Shown here in pieces: positions 7,812 to 18,123 of a stretch of DNA of 64,000 bases. The notes beneath the pieces were generated by a model. That model did not search any database and was not told the DNA's origin. It saw nothing but the letters and a program-made list of their open reading frames with translations. How positions within the stretch are numbered: the first letter of the stretch is position 1; every line of letters starts with the position of its first letter. The DNA is from Candidatus Poribacteria bacterium (GTDB taxonomy: Bacteria > Poribacteria > WGA-4E > PCPOR2b). A program made the translations under genes and the position numbers. The stretch lies in contig JAJECO010000040.1 of the NCBI GenBank assembly GCA_022822005.1, forward strand, positions 90 to 64,089. The letters run 5' to 3'.

Positions 7812-9464
7812 ATGGCTTACCGCGACATCTTAGAAAAAATTCGACTTGCTTTTCCCCAACCGGTATCCGATGCGATACATGACTCGTACTTTGTGCATTC
7901 TATTATGCGCGCCTTGGATCAGGTTGATGGGCTAAAAACACACCTGCCGATGCTCGGTGACATCGTCTCCGGTGATTTCGAGAAAGCCAGAGAAGCGACG
8001 TTGCCGGATACAATGGCTTCAATTGAGGATGTCACGGCTGACCTTGTGAGTTACCTCCGAGGAATGACCCTCTTTGGCCATCCCCGGACGCAACAGAACG
8101 TTATTCCTCCACCGACAATCCCAAGTGTGATTGGGGTACTCCTCGCCTCTCTGTATAATCCAAATCTGGTTTGGGATGAATATAGCCGCCTGGTGGCGTT
8201 GGCTGAAGTTGAGGCGGTCGCCATCGCATCGCAATTGATTGGATACGACCCGGAGCAGGCGAGCGGTGTGTTCACTTTCGGGGGCACCGCAACGACACTC
8301 TACGGCGTGAAGTTGGGGCTTGAAAAGGCGTGTCCGGGAACGATGCAGAACGGTACGCCTGAAGACGCCCTCGTGTTCGTATCAGATGCAGGTCACTACT
8401 GTGCTGCTAATATTGTCGGTTGGCTCGGCATAGGAACGAACAACCTGATTACGATTCCGACAACAGTTGAAAACGAAATGGATCTCGTGCAACTTGAGGA
8501 GGAAGCGCGGGGGGCATTGGGGAGCGGAAAAAAGATTGCCGCCATCATTGCGACCTTGGGCACTACCGACGCGTTCGGGTTGGACGATTTGGAGCACATT
8601 GCGGCGTTACGAGACACGCTCGTCGATGAATTCCAACTTGACTATCGGCCACACATCCACGCAGATGCAGCTATTGGGTGGGCTTGGTCTGTGTTCAACG
8701 ACTACGATTTTGAAAATAACCCGCTTGGGTTTCGCCCACGTACTGTCCGCGCATTGGCAGGGGCATCCCGGCGCATACGGCATTTATCCCTAGCAGATTC
8801 TGTTGGCATTGACTTTCACAAGACCGGTTTTACACCTTATATCTCCAGTCTTGTCCTCTTTCAAAACCGAACGGATCTGGAATTGGTAAAACGTCAACCA
8901 GAGCAGATGCCGTATCTCTATCAGTTTGGGGAACATCGTCCGGGAATGTATACGCTTGAAACTTCCAGGGCAGGGACAGGTCCCCTTGCTGCGCTCGCCA
9001 ATTTTCGGTTGTTCGGCGAGCAGGGGTTGCGAGTCATCCTCGGTCACATCGTTGAAATGACACAACTCCTGCGCGAACATCTGGAAGGACGCGAAGGCAC
9101 AACTGTGCTGAACCGCGAGAATTTCGGAACCGTCACGCTCTTCCGCGCCTATCCAGTCGGCGTCGATACCTTCTCAATTAAGCGACATGAATTCGAGGAT
9201 GCTGCCTACCGCGATAGCTTGCTCAAACACAATGACTACAACCGAGAAATTTCTGAATATGTCCATTCGGAGGCGATGGAGGGCAGAGGGGTTGTGATTT
9301 CGATCACAGACTGCTATCGGCGAACTCAATACGGCGAACCGATTGTTGCTTTGAAATCTTTCATCTTATCCCCATTTGTCGATGAAACCGATGTCGAAAT
9401 GGTTGTTTCAAAGGTACTGGAAGCGAGGGGAAAGGTGAGTGGCTCATGTCAAAGGGAGGCGTAA
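7812..9464 (+). CDS. Pyridoxal-phosphate-dependent group II decarboxylase (aromatic-amino-acid / glutamate decarboxylase family).
   Basis: HADAAIGWAW and the PLP-lysine motif IDFHKTGFTPY. About 550 aa. Start placed at ATG 7812, with GGAGAAAC SD inside the ORF-track extension. Confidence 0.8.
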   Translation: MAYRDILEKIRLAFPQPVSDAIHDSYFVHSIMRALDQVDGLKTHLPMLGDIVSGDFEKAREATLPDTMASIEDVTADLVSYLRGMTLFGHPRTQQNVIPPPTIPSVIGVLLASLYNPNLVWDEYSRLVALAEVEAVAIASQLIGYDPEQASGVFTFGGTATTLYGVKLGLEKACPGTMQNGTPEDALVFVSDAGHYCAANIVGWLGIGTNNLITIPTTVENEMDLVQLEEEARGALGSGKKIAAIIATLGTTDAFGLDDLEHIAALRDTLVDEFQLDYRPHIHADAAIGWAWSVFNDYDFENNPLGFRPRTVRALAGASRRIRHLSLADSVGIDFHKTGFTPYISSLVLFQNRTDLELVKRQPEQMPYLYQFGEHRPGMYTLETSRAGTGPLAALANFRLFGEQGLRVILGHIVEMTQLLREHLEGREGTTVLNRENFGTVTLFRAYPVGVDTFSIKRHEFEDAAYRDSLLKHNDYNREISEYVHSEAMEGRGVVISITDCYRRTQYGEPIVALKSFILSPFVDETDVEMVVSKVLEARGKVSGSCQREA

Positions 9465-9467
9465 AAC

Positions 9468-11411
9468 GTGATGTCCCGATCCGATTGGTCCCGACAAGTG
9501 GGGACATTAATTGCGGTAGTTTTAATCAACGGTTTCAGTTTGTTTTATTTTAATGTGGCGTCCGCTGATATTACCATTGATGGCGAGACTGTCCACGTCG
9601 AAACTGACAGCTACGCTGTCCAATTTGATAGGGGTGTTATTACCTATATTCACAACAAGTATACCAATAAGACCTATACAGTATCCGCCGATCAGGGTCC
9701 ATCGGGCTGGACTGGAATATGGTTCAATCAGAATTGGTGGGAAGCAGGGAATATTTCGACCAGTTGGGCAGAACTAATCTCCGCAACGCAGATAGATCCA
9801 CAAAGCGCCGAACTCCTGTTCCGCCATGAGGGAACGGATATTCGCCTCTCTATTGCTGTTGATCCGATGACCGACGATCTGTTGATTGACATGGAAGGGG
9901 TGTCCGATACTCGCGGGATCGTCGGGATGCAGTGGGGGATAAGTTACTTGGATATTGATAACCTATCGGTTATCATTCCAAAAGATGGTGGACGCATCTT
10001 TGATGGTACAAGTCCCGCTACCTATCACGACTATTTCTATCCTAGTACTGATTGGGAAGCCCAACTCGTCATTCTTCAAGGGGAACGTGGCGGGTTTTAC
10101 GTCAGAAACACAGACAATACACTCCAATTTAAGCGGCTTATCGGCGATCGGCCGGACGACGGATTGGCACTTAACTTTGGGACGTACAATCAAGCCCCGC
10201 TCGATTCGCATACATCAGGGCATTCAACGCTGTGGCGATTCAATACCTATACTGGCGATTGGCGGGTGCCTGCTCGTATCTATAGAGACTGGATGGAACA
10301 GGCGTTCCAGCCCCGCCGGTTATCCGATATTCCGTGGACTCAGGATATCACTTTAGTGGTAGGCAGTGCGAAAGGAGGCCCCAGCACAAATTCTGCCCCC
10401 CTACTTGACAGACTATCCGAGATTGTGGACCCCACGAAAACGTTAATCTTATTGGGCTCATGGGCGGAGGGTGGAGAGTGGTGGTCTGAGGAACTTCACG
10501 CACACATGCCAGACTTTATCCCAAAGTCAGATATGGGAACTTTCATGGAGGCGGCACATCAGCACGGGTTTCGCGTGATTCTTTTCACCATCGCGCTTGG
10601 TTTTTCGCCCGCTCATCCGCTCTATCCTCATTTCCGTCAGTATCAAATTAGAGATACCTGGACAGGAGAAATCATAGAGAACCCACCGCCTGCCCACCCA
10701 GGTGAGCATCTTGTTGAAACTATTAGTCCTGCGAGTTCAGAATATAGAAAACTAATTGTCGAAAGACTAAAGGTGGTATGGGAAGAATATGGTGTTGACG
10801 GATTTTTCATTGACGCCAATTTCATGGCATTTAACGATGGGAATGGATTGATTGATGGGTTAAATTGGTCACAAGGGATAGCGTTACTGCACAAGGAGTT
10901 AGCAGAAGCGATGCCGGGCATCGTGTTGGGAGGAGAACGACTTCATGAAGCAACATTTACCTATGAAAGTTTCGCACAACGTCCGTTACTTCCTAACCCA
11001 GCAATGAGACCGCATCGGATTAGCACATTTCTGTTTTCCCCTTTTGTACATAATATTGGCTATGCACCGCAAGCCCCGGTTGAAGATCCAGTCTATAATG
11101 ATGAGTTTCTGCGCTTTAGTAAGATTTGGGACATTATCCCAACTGCTATTATTTGGGGCCCAGAGCATCTTGGCGAACAATTTGTGGAGATGAATAAATA
11201 CCTTGAAGCGGCGCGAGTGTGGCAGCCTCAATATGGGTTAAACGGGGATGTCAACAGCGATGGGGTTATTAATATTCTGGATTTAACCCTTGTTGGGCAA
11301 AACGTTGGGATAATGCCTCTCAGCCACATACAAGCAGATATCAATGGCGATGGATTGGTTAATGTGTTAGATCTGATATTGGTTTCAAATATGTTTGATG
11401 GAGCACGTTAG
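9468..11411 (+). CDS. Secreted glycoside-hydrolase-like TIM-barrel protein with a C-terminal dockerin (type I, two Ca-binding repeats). Paralog 1 of 3.
   Basis: SPI-type signal peptide (VASA|DIT). Core contains YGVDGFFIDANF, resembling the GVDGFRLDA/GVDYLKYDNC catalytic-strand motifs of GH13/GH27-like enzymes. C-terminus has GDVNSDGVINILDL...ADINGDGLVNVLDL dockerin repeats. Confidence 0.65.
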   Translation: MMSRSDWSRQVGTLIAVVLINGFSLFYFNVASADITIDGETVHVETDSYAVQFDRGVITYIHNKYTNKTYTVSADQGPSGWTGIWFNQNWWEAGNISTSWAELISATQIDPQSAELLFRHEGTDIRLSIAVDPMTDDLLIDMEGVSDTRGIVGMQWGISYLDIDNLSVIIPKDGGRIFDGTSPATYHDYFYPSTDWEAQLVILQGERGGFYVRNTDNTLQFKRLIGDRPDDGLALNFGTYNQAPLDSHTSGHSTLWRFNTYTGDWRVPARIYRDWMEQAFQPRRLSDIPWTQDITLVVGSAKGGPSTNSAPLLDRLSEIVDPTKTLILLGSWAEGGEWWSEELHAHMPDFIPKSDMGTFMEAAHQHGFRVILFTIALGFSPAHPLYPHFRQYQIRDTWTGEIIENPPPAHPGEHLVETISPASSEYRKLIVERLKVVWEEYGVDGFFIDANFMAFNDGNGLIDGLNWSQGIALLHKELAEAMPGIVLGGERLHEATFTYESFAQRPLLPNPAMRPHRISTFLFSPFVHNIGYAPQAPVEDPVYNDEFLRFSKIWDIIPTAIIWGPEHLGEQFVEMNKYLEAARVWQPQYGLNGDVNSDGVINILDLTLVGQNVGIMPLSHIQADINGDGLVNVLDLILVSNMFDGAR

Positions 11412-11446
11412 GCTATTGATATGAAAGTCTATTTTGGAGGTGTGCT

Positions 11447-13372
11447 ATGAACCGATTTGTGTTTTTAGCAAAATTCACTTTATTGATTCTGTTGCTTGCG
11501 TGTTCTGTCGATGCCGCTATCACTGTTGAGGGTGAAACTGTCCATGTTGAAACGGATAGCTACGCCGTCCGCTTCGATAAGGGCGTGATTGCCCATATCC
11601 ATAATAGGTTGACCGATAAAACTTACACCGTAGGTGAGGGCAGAGAGGGTTGGAGTGGAATATTATACAATCGATATTATTGGGATGACGCAAATATCGA
11701 CACTCTTTGGGCTACCTTCGTTTCTGCGACAGTGATTGATCCATTCCGTGTGGTGCTTGTGTTCCGCCAAGAGGATGCCGAGGTTCGGCTCTTTATTTCC
11801 ATTGACCGTGCCACTGACGATATGCTGATCAATATCGAGGGTGAGTCCGACACCCCCGGTGTGATCGGGATGCAGTGGGGGTGTAGTTATTTGGATATTG
11901 AAAACCTATCGTTTATCCTTCCAATGTACAACGGCCGTGTGGTCGATGGCACGCATGAGGATTTCTACCACAGCCGCGACTATCCCCATTCCGAGTGGGA
12001 AGCGCAATTGGTTATTGCTCAAGGTGAAGATGGTGGATTTTACGTGAGAAATACAGATAATACCTTTCAGTTTAAGCGGTTCATCCTCAGCCGATACAAA
12101 GACGAAGCAGCCACCCTTAATTTTACGACATACAATCAAGCACCTTTTGAGGCACACACCCGTGGTAAATCCGATTTGTGGCGTTTCAATACTTATCGGG
12201 GCGATTGGCATGTGCCTGCCCGCATCTATAGGGACTGGATGGAACAGGCCTTCGATGCTAGGCGGCTATCAGATATGCCGGCGTGGGTTCAAGATATTAG
12301 CTTATTTGTCAGTAGTGCAAACTTACAGGATCCTGGGAGTATCGCTCTGCTTGATAGATTAGCAGAACTCACAGATCCGACAAGAACGGTTGTGATGTTA
12401 GCATCATGGGCTGATGGGGGAGAGTGGTGGTCTGATGAACTTGGCTCCCATCATCCTGATTATATTCCAAAGCCAGGGCTGAAGAATTTCGTTGAAACGG
12501 CACATCGGTACGGGTTTAAAGTCGTGCCTTGGATGATCGCCTGCGCTTTTTCAGCAGATCACCCGCTCTACCCTCATTTCCAGCAATATCAGTGGCGAGA
12601 TACCTGGACGGGAGAATTGACTGGCGAGTGTTGGGCACCGCCCTTGGATCCAGCATGTTATCACCCATCTCACGACCGTGCCGCTTTTATTAATCCTGCG
12701 AGTTCAGAATATAGAGATCTAATCGTTCAAGAACTAAAAGCGGTATGGGAGGAATATGGTGTTGATGGGTTCTTTGTTGATGCCAGTTGGTTTGTGATTA
12801 ACGATGCGAATGGGTTGATTGATGGATTAAATATGGGGCAGGGCATGGATTTGCTACATCGAGAGTTGGCAGAGGCAATGCCGGGTATCATATTAGGTGG
12901 AGAACGGCTTAATGAAGCGTGCTTTGCCCGTAAGAGTTTCGCTCAACGTCCACGGATTACGGACGGCATTGAACCGCATCCAATAAGTTCATTCTTGTTT
13001 TCTCCGTTTACATACGCCATTGGCTTTCCAAAATATAATCCAGACGATCGTCCGGATCTTCATCAACAGGACCAGCAATACTACGAGGTTTGGGATGTTG
13101 TTCCAACCATTAAGGTTTCGTTTACTGGACAACTAGAGGATCACGATGTAGAAATACACAAAATCATTGCAAGCGCACAGAATTGGCAACCTGATTTTGA
13201 GTTTGTCGATGGCGATCTCAATAATGATGCAGTGGTTAATATCCTTGATTTGATCATTGTCGCGAACGATTTAAGACAGGAAATACCCGCTAATTCAAAG
13301 TCAGATGTTAATAGAGACGGACGGGTGGATATACTGGATCTTACTCTTATTTCACAATATATGAGTCAATGA
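11447..13372 (+). CDS. Secreted GH-like TIM-barrel lipoprotein with C-terminal dockerin. Paralog 2 of 3.
   Basis: About 60% identical to paralog 1. N-terminus LLILLLACSVDA carries lipobox LLAC. Dockerin repeats DGDLNNDAVVNILDL / DVNRDGRVDILDL. GGAGGTG SD. Confidence 0.65.
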   Translation: MNRFVFLAKFTLLILLLACSVDAAITVEGETVHVETDSYAVRFDKGVIAHIHNRLTDKTYTVGEGREGWSGILYNRYYWDDANIDTLWATFVSATVIDPFRVVLVFRQEDAEVRLFISIDRATDDMLINIEGESDTPGVIGMQWGCSYLDIENLSFILPMYNGRVVDGTHEDFYHSRDYPHSEWEAQLVIAQGEDGGFYVRNTDNTFQFKRFILSRYKDEAATLNFTTYNQAPFEAHTRGKSDLWRFNTYRGDWHVPARIYRDWMEQAFDARRLSDMPAWVQDISLFVSSANLQDPGSIALLDRLAELTDPTRTVVMLASWADGGEWWSDELGSHHPDYIPKPGLKNFVETAHRYGFKVVPWMIACAFSADHPLYPHFQQYQWRDTWTGELTGECWAPPLDPACYHPSHDRAAFINPASSEYRDLIVQELKAVWEEYGVDGFFVDASWFVINDANGLIDGLNMGQGMDLLHRELAEAMPGIILGGERLNEACFARKSFAQRPRITDGIEPHPISSFLFSPFTYAIGFPKYNPDDRPDLHQQDQQYYEVWDVVPTIKVSFTGQLEDHDVEIHKIIASAQNWQPDFEFVDGDLNNDAVVNILDLIIVANDLRQEIPANSKSDVNRDGRVDILDLTLISQYMSQ

Positions 13373-13433
13373 AAGTCTATGACGTCAACAGGGCAGATAA
13401 AGAAGATAGGAATTACTTGCTTGGAGGTGCGCT

Positions 13434-15356
13434 ATGAAACGATTTGTGTTTTTAGCAAAATTCACTTTATTGATTCTGTTGCTTGCGTGTTCTGTCGATG
13501 CCGCTATCACTGTTGAGGGTGAAACTGTCCACGTCGAAACCGATAACTACGTGGTCCGGTTTGACAGGGGGGTTATAACTTATATCCACAACAGGTTGAC
13601 CGATAAAACTTATACGGTGCCCCCAGTCGAGTGGCCATCAGGCTGGACTGGGATGTTGTTCAATCGGTATTGGTGGGAAGGAGAGAATATTTCGACCAGT
13701 TGGGCAGAACTAATCTCCGCAACGCAGATAGATTCACGCAGTGCCGAACTCCTGTTCCACCATGAGGGAACGGATATCCGACTCTCTATTGCTGTTGATC
13801 CGATGACCGACGATCTGTTGATTGATATGCAAGGGGTGTCCGATACTCGCGGGATCGTCGGGATGCAGTGGGGATTGGGTACTTTGGATATGCAGAATTT
13901 ATCGGTAATTATTCCAGCAGCCGGCGGACAAGCCCTTGACGCAACCACGCCTATCGCCCACTATTACTACCTCTACCCCGGCAGCGGTCCCGGTTGGGAA
14001 GCCCAACTCGCTATTTTTCAGGGTGAACGCGGCGGTTTCTACGTTAGAAACACAGACAATACATTGCAGTTTAAGTGGTTCTATTATGACCGACCGGAAA
14101 ACGAAGCTGTGCTTCATTTCGGGACACAAAATCAGGCGCCTTTCGATTCGCACACATCAGGACATTCAACGATGTGGCGATTCAATACCTATGCTGGCGA
14201 TTGGCGGGTGCCTGCTCGTATCTATAGAAACTGGATGGAACAGGCGTTCCAGCCGAGGCGGTTATCCGATATTCCGGGGGCTGAAGATATTACTTTATTC
14301 GTCAGTGCTGTCCCTATAGACACATATGGTTTTCCGTTGCTTGATGGATTAGCGGAGCTAGTGGATCCGACAAAAACGTTGATACTGTTGTGGAACTGGG
14401 CTGATGGAGGAACGTGGTGGTCGGAGGAACGTGAAGCGCATCATCCAGACTATTTTCCAAAGCCGGAGCTTGGACCTTTCGTTGAACACGCACATCAGCA
14501 CGGTTTTCGCATCATGCCTGCTATACTTTCAACCGGTTTTTCACCAACTCACCCGCTCTACCCACATTTTCGGCAATATCAAATTAGAGATACCTGGACA
14601 GGAGAGATCATAGAGAATCCACCGCCTTCCCACCCATCTGAGCAACTTGTTGAAACTATTAATCCTGCGAGTTCAGAATATAGGAACCTAATTGTCGAAC
14701 GCCTAAAGTCGGTATGGGAAGATTACGGTGTAGACGGTTTCTTTCTTGATGCCAACCACGGTGTATATAACGATGGGAATGGGTTGATTGATGGGTTAAG
14801 TATGGCGCAAGGGATGGCGTTACTGCATAAGGAGTTAGCGGAAGCGATGCCGGGCATTATGTTGGGGGGTGAAAGATTGCATGAAGCGACTTTTGCGCAT
14901 ACAACTTTCGCACAACGTCCCCATGATCTGGTGGACAGAAACAAGGAAAAGCTGCATCCGATTAGTGGGTTTCTGTTCTCGCCGTTTACACACGCCATCG
15001 CGTATTTCCCAAAATACCCGGATGATGATCCCGCATATCATCAAGAACTTCTCGATTACGGTGAGGTCTGGGGCATAATTCCAACGCTAAGATTTTGGGA
15101 GTTGTATCAACTACAAGGACAGCTTACTCAAGAATTACTTGCCTCGGCACGCAATTGGGAACATCAGTATGGCTTAAACGGGGATGTCAACGGCGATGGG
15201 ATTGTTAATATTCTGGATTTAACGCTTGTTGGGCAAAACGTTGGGGCAATGCCTCTCAGCCACATACAAGCAGATATCAACGGTGATGGGTTGGTTGATG
15301 TGCTGGATTTAATTTTAGTTGCTAATATGTTCGAGGGCACAACGACAGTACGGTAA
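13434..15356 (+). CDS. Secreted GH-like TIM-barrel lipoprotein with C-terminal dockerin. Paralog 3 of 3.
   Basis: The first ~45 codons and the SD are nearly identical at DNA level to paralog 2. Core is closer to paralog 1. Dockerin repeats at the C-terminus. Confidence 0.65.
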   Translation: MKRFVFLAKFTLLILLLACSVDAAITVEGETVHVETDNYVVRFDRGVITYIHNRLTDKTYTVPPVEWPSGWTGMLFNRYWWEGENISTSWAELISATQIDSRSAELLFHHEGTDIRLSIAVDPMTDDLLIDMQGVSDTRGIVGMQWGLGTLDMQNLSVIIPAAGGQALDATTPIAHYYYLYPGSGPGWEAQLAIFQGERGGFYVRNTDNTLQFKWFYYDRPENEAVLHFGTQNQAPFDSHTSGHSTMWRFNTYAGDWRVPARIYRNWMEQAFQPRRLSDIPGAEDITLFVSAVPIDTYGFPLLDGLAELVDPTKTLILLWNWADGGTWWSEEREAHHPDYFPKPELGPFVEHAHQHGFRIMPAILSTGFSPTHPLYPHFRQYQIRDTWTGEIIENPPPSHPSEQLVETINPASSEYRNLIVERLKSVWEDYGVDGFFLDANHGVYNDGNGLIDGLSMAQGMALLHKELAEAMPGIMLGGERLHEATFAHTTFAQRPHDLVDRNKEKLHPISGFLFSPFTHAIAYFPKYPDDDPAYHQELLDYGEVWGIIPTLRFWELYQLQGQLTQELLASARNWEHQYGLNGDVNGDGIVNILDLTLVGQNVGAMPLSHIQADINGDGLVDVLDLILVANMFEGTTTVR

Positions 15357-15374
15357 GAAAAGGAGGGACATCGC

Positions 15375-16616
15375 ATGAATGAGCGTTTGGCTATTAATGG
15401 CGGAACCCCGGTGCGCACGCAACCGTTCGGGCAATCTCACGATTTTGGTGATGAAGACATTGCAGCAGTCACCGAAGTCATTCGTTCAGGTAACATCGGT
15501 AAGGGGCCGCAGGTTGCTCAGTTTGAGCGTGAGTTTGCGGCAAGGCATGGCGTCAAACACGCCATCTCAGTCACCTCCGGGACAGCGGCGATGCACGTCT
15601 GCATTGGGGCGATCAATCCCGACCCCGGCGACGAGATTATCGTTTCGCCCTGGACCGCTGGCGGCAGCTTCATCGGTGCGCTATTACACAACTGCGTCCC
15701 CGTATTCGCCGACATTGACGACACCTTCACCCTTGACCCGAAGGACGTTGAGGCAAAGACCACGCCGCGGACGCGGGCGATTATCGCCGTACATCTGTTT
15801 GGCAATCCTTGCAATATGGATGCATTGCGGGAGATCGCACACCGTCATCAGCTTTTCTTGATTGAGGACTGCTGTCAGGCTCACTTCGCAGAATATCAAG
15901 GTCAGACCGTCGGCACGCTTGGCGATATTAACGGCTTTAGTTTTGGCGGAAAACACCTATCGGCAGGCATGGGGGGTATCGTCCTAACCAATGATGAGGG
16001 ACTCTGGGGGCGCGGTGTTCTCTTTGCTGACGCTGCGCTGCCCCGCGCCAATGGACCGTATGAAGGGCTGCCTTATGCAAACTACTTCCTCGCACCGAAC
16101 TATAAGATCAACGACCTGATTGCGGCGGTATTGCTCACACAGCTCAAGAAGGTTGACGGTTACATAGCGAACAAGATTCGTGCCGCCCAGCAGATTATTG
16201 AAGGGCTCGCCGACCTTGAGGAGATTACGCCTCAACGGGTCCGGCAAGGTGATCGCCACACCTACTGGGTTCTGGGTTTTACGATTGATACCAACCGACT
16301 CAACTGCTCCGCCGGGGAGTTCGCCGAGGCAGTGAGTAGAGAGGGAGTCCCGCTGGGGGGACCATACATCGGATCGGGGAAGGAAGGACCGCTTTACCGC
16401 AACCCATTTCTCGCCGAACCGGACTGCTACGGTCGCAGCCGCTTCCCATTCGACTATGAACGGGAAAAGCCGATTGACTACCGGCTTGCCGAATGTCCGT
16501 ATGGCGAAGCCCTGATGTGTCGCGGTGTCAATCTCAGTATGCTCCCCAGCTTTACCGATGCGGACATTGCGGACATCGTCCAAGCGATTCGCAAAGTCGC
16601 TCACCACTATCGCTAG
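15375..16616 (+). CDS. DegT/DnrJ/EryC1/StrS family PLP-dependent aminotransferase (sugar aminotransferase/dehydratase family).
   Basis: 413 aa. Family-typical N-terminus (NGGTPVR...FG..E) and conserved Lys region (FSFGGKHLSAG). AGGAGGG SD. Lies 19 nt after dockerin paralog 3. Confidence 0.8.
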   Translation: MNERLAINGGTPVRTQPFGQSHDFGDEDIAAVTEVIRSGNIGKGPQVAQFEREFAARHGVKHAISVTSGTAAMHVCIGAINPDPGDEIIVSPWTAGGSFIGALLHNCVPVFADIDDTFTLDPKDVEAKTTPRTRAIIAVHLFGNPCNMDALREIAHRHQLFLIEDCCQAHFAEYQGQTVGTLGDINGFSFGGKHLSAGMGGIVLTNDEGLWGRGVLFADAALPRANGPYEGLPYANYFLAPNYKINDLIAAVLLTQLKKVDGYIANKIRAAQQIIEGLADLEEITPQRVRQGDRHTYWVLGFTIDTNRLNCSAGEFAEAVSREGVPLGGPYIGSGKEGPLYRNPFLAEPDCYGRSRFPFDYEREKPIDYRLAECPYGEALMCRGVNLSMLPSFTDADIADIVQAIRKVAHHYR

Positions 16617-17773
16617 AATAGGCCCTCCGGCTCCAGTCCCAAGAAGAACTGTCCCGCCGTTTCGTAGTGCGCCATACGCCCCTGAATCTGCTGTGTGATA
16701 ACATGTGCATCTTGGAACCGGCGTTGAATCGGCTTGTGCTCGAAAATGGAGTCGGAACCGCACACCTCATAGACAATATCGACCGCTTCTGCCGCCATGC
16801 GGATGGCATGGGTCGAAGCCAATCGCAATCGGATGCGTTCCTCAACTGTTAAGGCGTGAACCGTGCAGGCACTCTCCCACGCTGCGGATGCGGCTTCAAG
16901 CAGAAACGCGCGCGCCGATCCCCAGATTGCCTCAGCTCTGCCGATCTCTCGTTGGACGATGGGTTTATCCCGCAACAGATTTTGATCAAAACGCGGACGC
17001 TTTCCACCCGCCAACTCAACCGCGGCGTCCAGCGCGGAACGGGCAACGCCGAGTGCTGTGCACGCAAATCCCGAAGCAAACAGCAGCAACATCGGCATCA
17101 CATACAGCGGTCCCTCTTCACGCGGAGTATTGGACAGGTTAAACGTTCGCTCACCGGGGACGAAGACATCCTCGACCTCAAAGCTGAAAGTTCCAGTTCC
17201 CCGAAGCCCGTTGACCTGCCACACATCTACGAGGGTTACCTGTTCTTTCGGCATGATTAGCATCCGGTCCTCTCTTTTGTCGGTCGAAGGATCTGCAACG
17301 GGGGCAGCAGCTGCCATCCAAGTGGCATGACGGCAGCCGCTGCTAAAATTCCACCGACCCGTGAGACGGTACCCGCCGCCGACCGGAATAGCAGAGGCAT
17401 TTGTTGGAGGACCGTTTGCGACCACCGCCCGCGGGGCACCCCAAATCTCTCGCGCTAACGACTCAGGCATTTTTGCCGAGACGGTCGCAAAGACGTTATT
17501 TTGGTTGATACACCAAGCGGTGCTGCCATCAACCTCAGCGAATGTCTGAACGATCGAGAGATGCTCCAGATAGTCGATTTCCCCACCACCGAGGGAGCGC
17601 GGTACAAGTAGGCGGAAAAACCCTTTGTCTGCAAGCTCGGCAAAAAGTTCGTCAGGTAGTTCTCGTTCACGATCAATCTCGTCGATGGCCGCAGCAATAC
17701 GGGGCGCGATTTCACGCGCTGCGGTGAGATAGGAACCGGAATTGTTTTGGGTGGATGCCATTTCTCGTATCAC
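16613..17773 (-). CDS. Acyl-CoA dehydrogenase-fold flavoprotein (ACAD type 2 / flavin-dependent monooxygenase-like).
   Basis: 386 aa with ACAD N-, middle- and C-domain pattern (…GYRLTGRWNFSSG…, C-terminal helical domain). Convergent with DegT, overlapping it by 4 bp. Confidence 0.7.
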   Translation of the reverse strand: MIREMASTQNNSGSYLTAAREIAPRIAAAIDEIDRERELPDELFAELADKGFFRLLVPRSLGGGEIDYLEHLSIVQTFAEVDGSTAWCINQNNVFATVSAKMPESLAREIWGAPRAVVANGPPTNASAIPVGGGYRLTGRWNFSSGCRHATWMAAAAPVADPSTDKREDRMLIMPKEQVTLVDVWQVNGLRGTGTFSFEVEDVFVPGERTFNLSNTPREEGPLYVMPMLLLFASGFACTALGVARSALDAAVELAGGKRPRFDQNLLRDKPIVQREIGRAEAIWGSARAFLLEAASAAWESACTVHALTVEERIRLRLASTHAIRMAAEAVDIVYEVCGSDSIFEHKPIQRRFQDAHVITQQIQGRMAHYETAGQFFLGLEPEGLF

Positions 17774-17910
17774 TTTCTGAGTGCGATCTTTAAGATCAAG
17801 TTCAGATCAAATCGTGGGCTATAGTATCATAGATTGGCGTAATCCTTCAAGCCCCTTGACAACAAATGCGCTTGATGCTACACTCACTCAGCAATAGGGA
17901 TTACCATGAT

Positions 17911-18067
17911 AGGACTTACGCAGCTAAACGGTTAAAGCCCTGTAGTTCGGCGATTCATCGCCGTTAGACACCGGTCCCAACGCCCGATGAATCCCCGATA
18001 AATCCCCGATACATCGGGACAGGCGGGATTAAGAAACGGGCAACTACAATCGAAGTGCGTAAGTCCT
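17911..18067. mobile_element. Family F MITE-like element: 157 bp with 13-bp terminal inverted repeats AGGACTTACGCAG / GTGCGTAAGTCCT and subterminal CTGTAGTT / AACTACAA. It carries family B hairpins inside.
   Basis: TIRs read directly. A second complete copy is at 61654-61804. No coding capacity. Confidence 0.65.
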
Positions 18068-18123
18068 GTATGAATGTAGTAGCAGCCCACCAAGAATTGG
18101 TTTGAGGACAGCGGAGTGCCTAA

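Noticed and set aside
15984-16763. Long antisense ORFs inside well-supported genes. Examples: 15984..16763(-) in DegT, 58742..59521(-) and 59954..60520(-) in the PhyH duplicates, 49937..50620(+) in the antiporter, 37602..38030(-) in ackA, 2391..2885(+) in the RM gene.
   Set aside because: Shadow ORFs typical of GC-rich coding DNA. The sense-strand genes have clear family motifs and SDs; the antisense frames do not.
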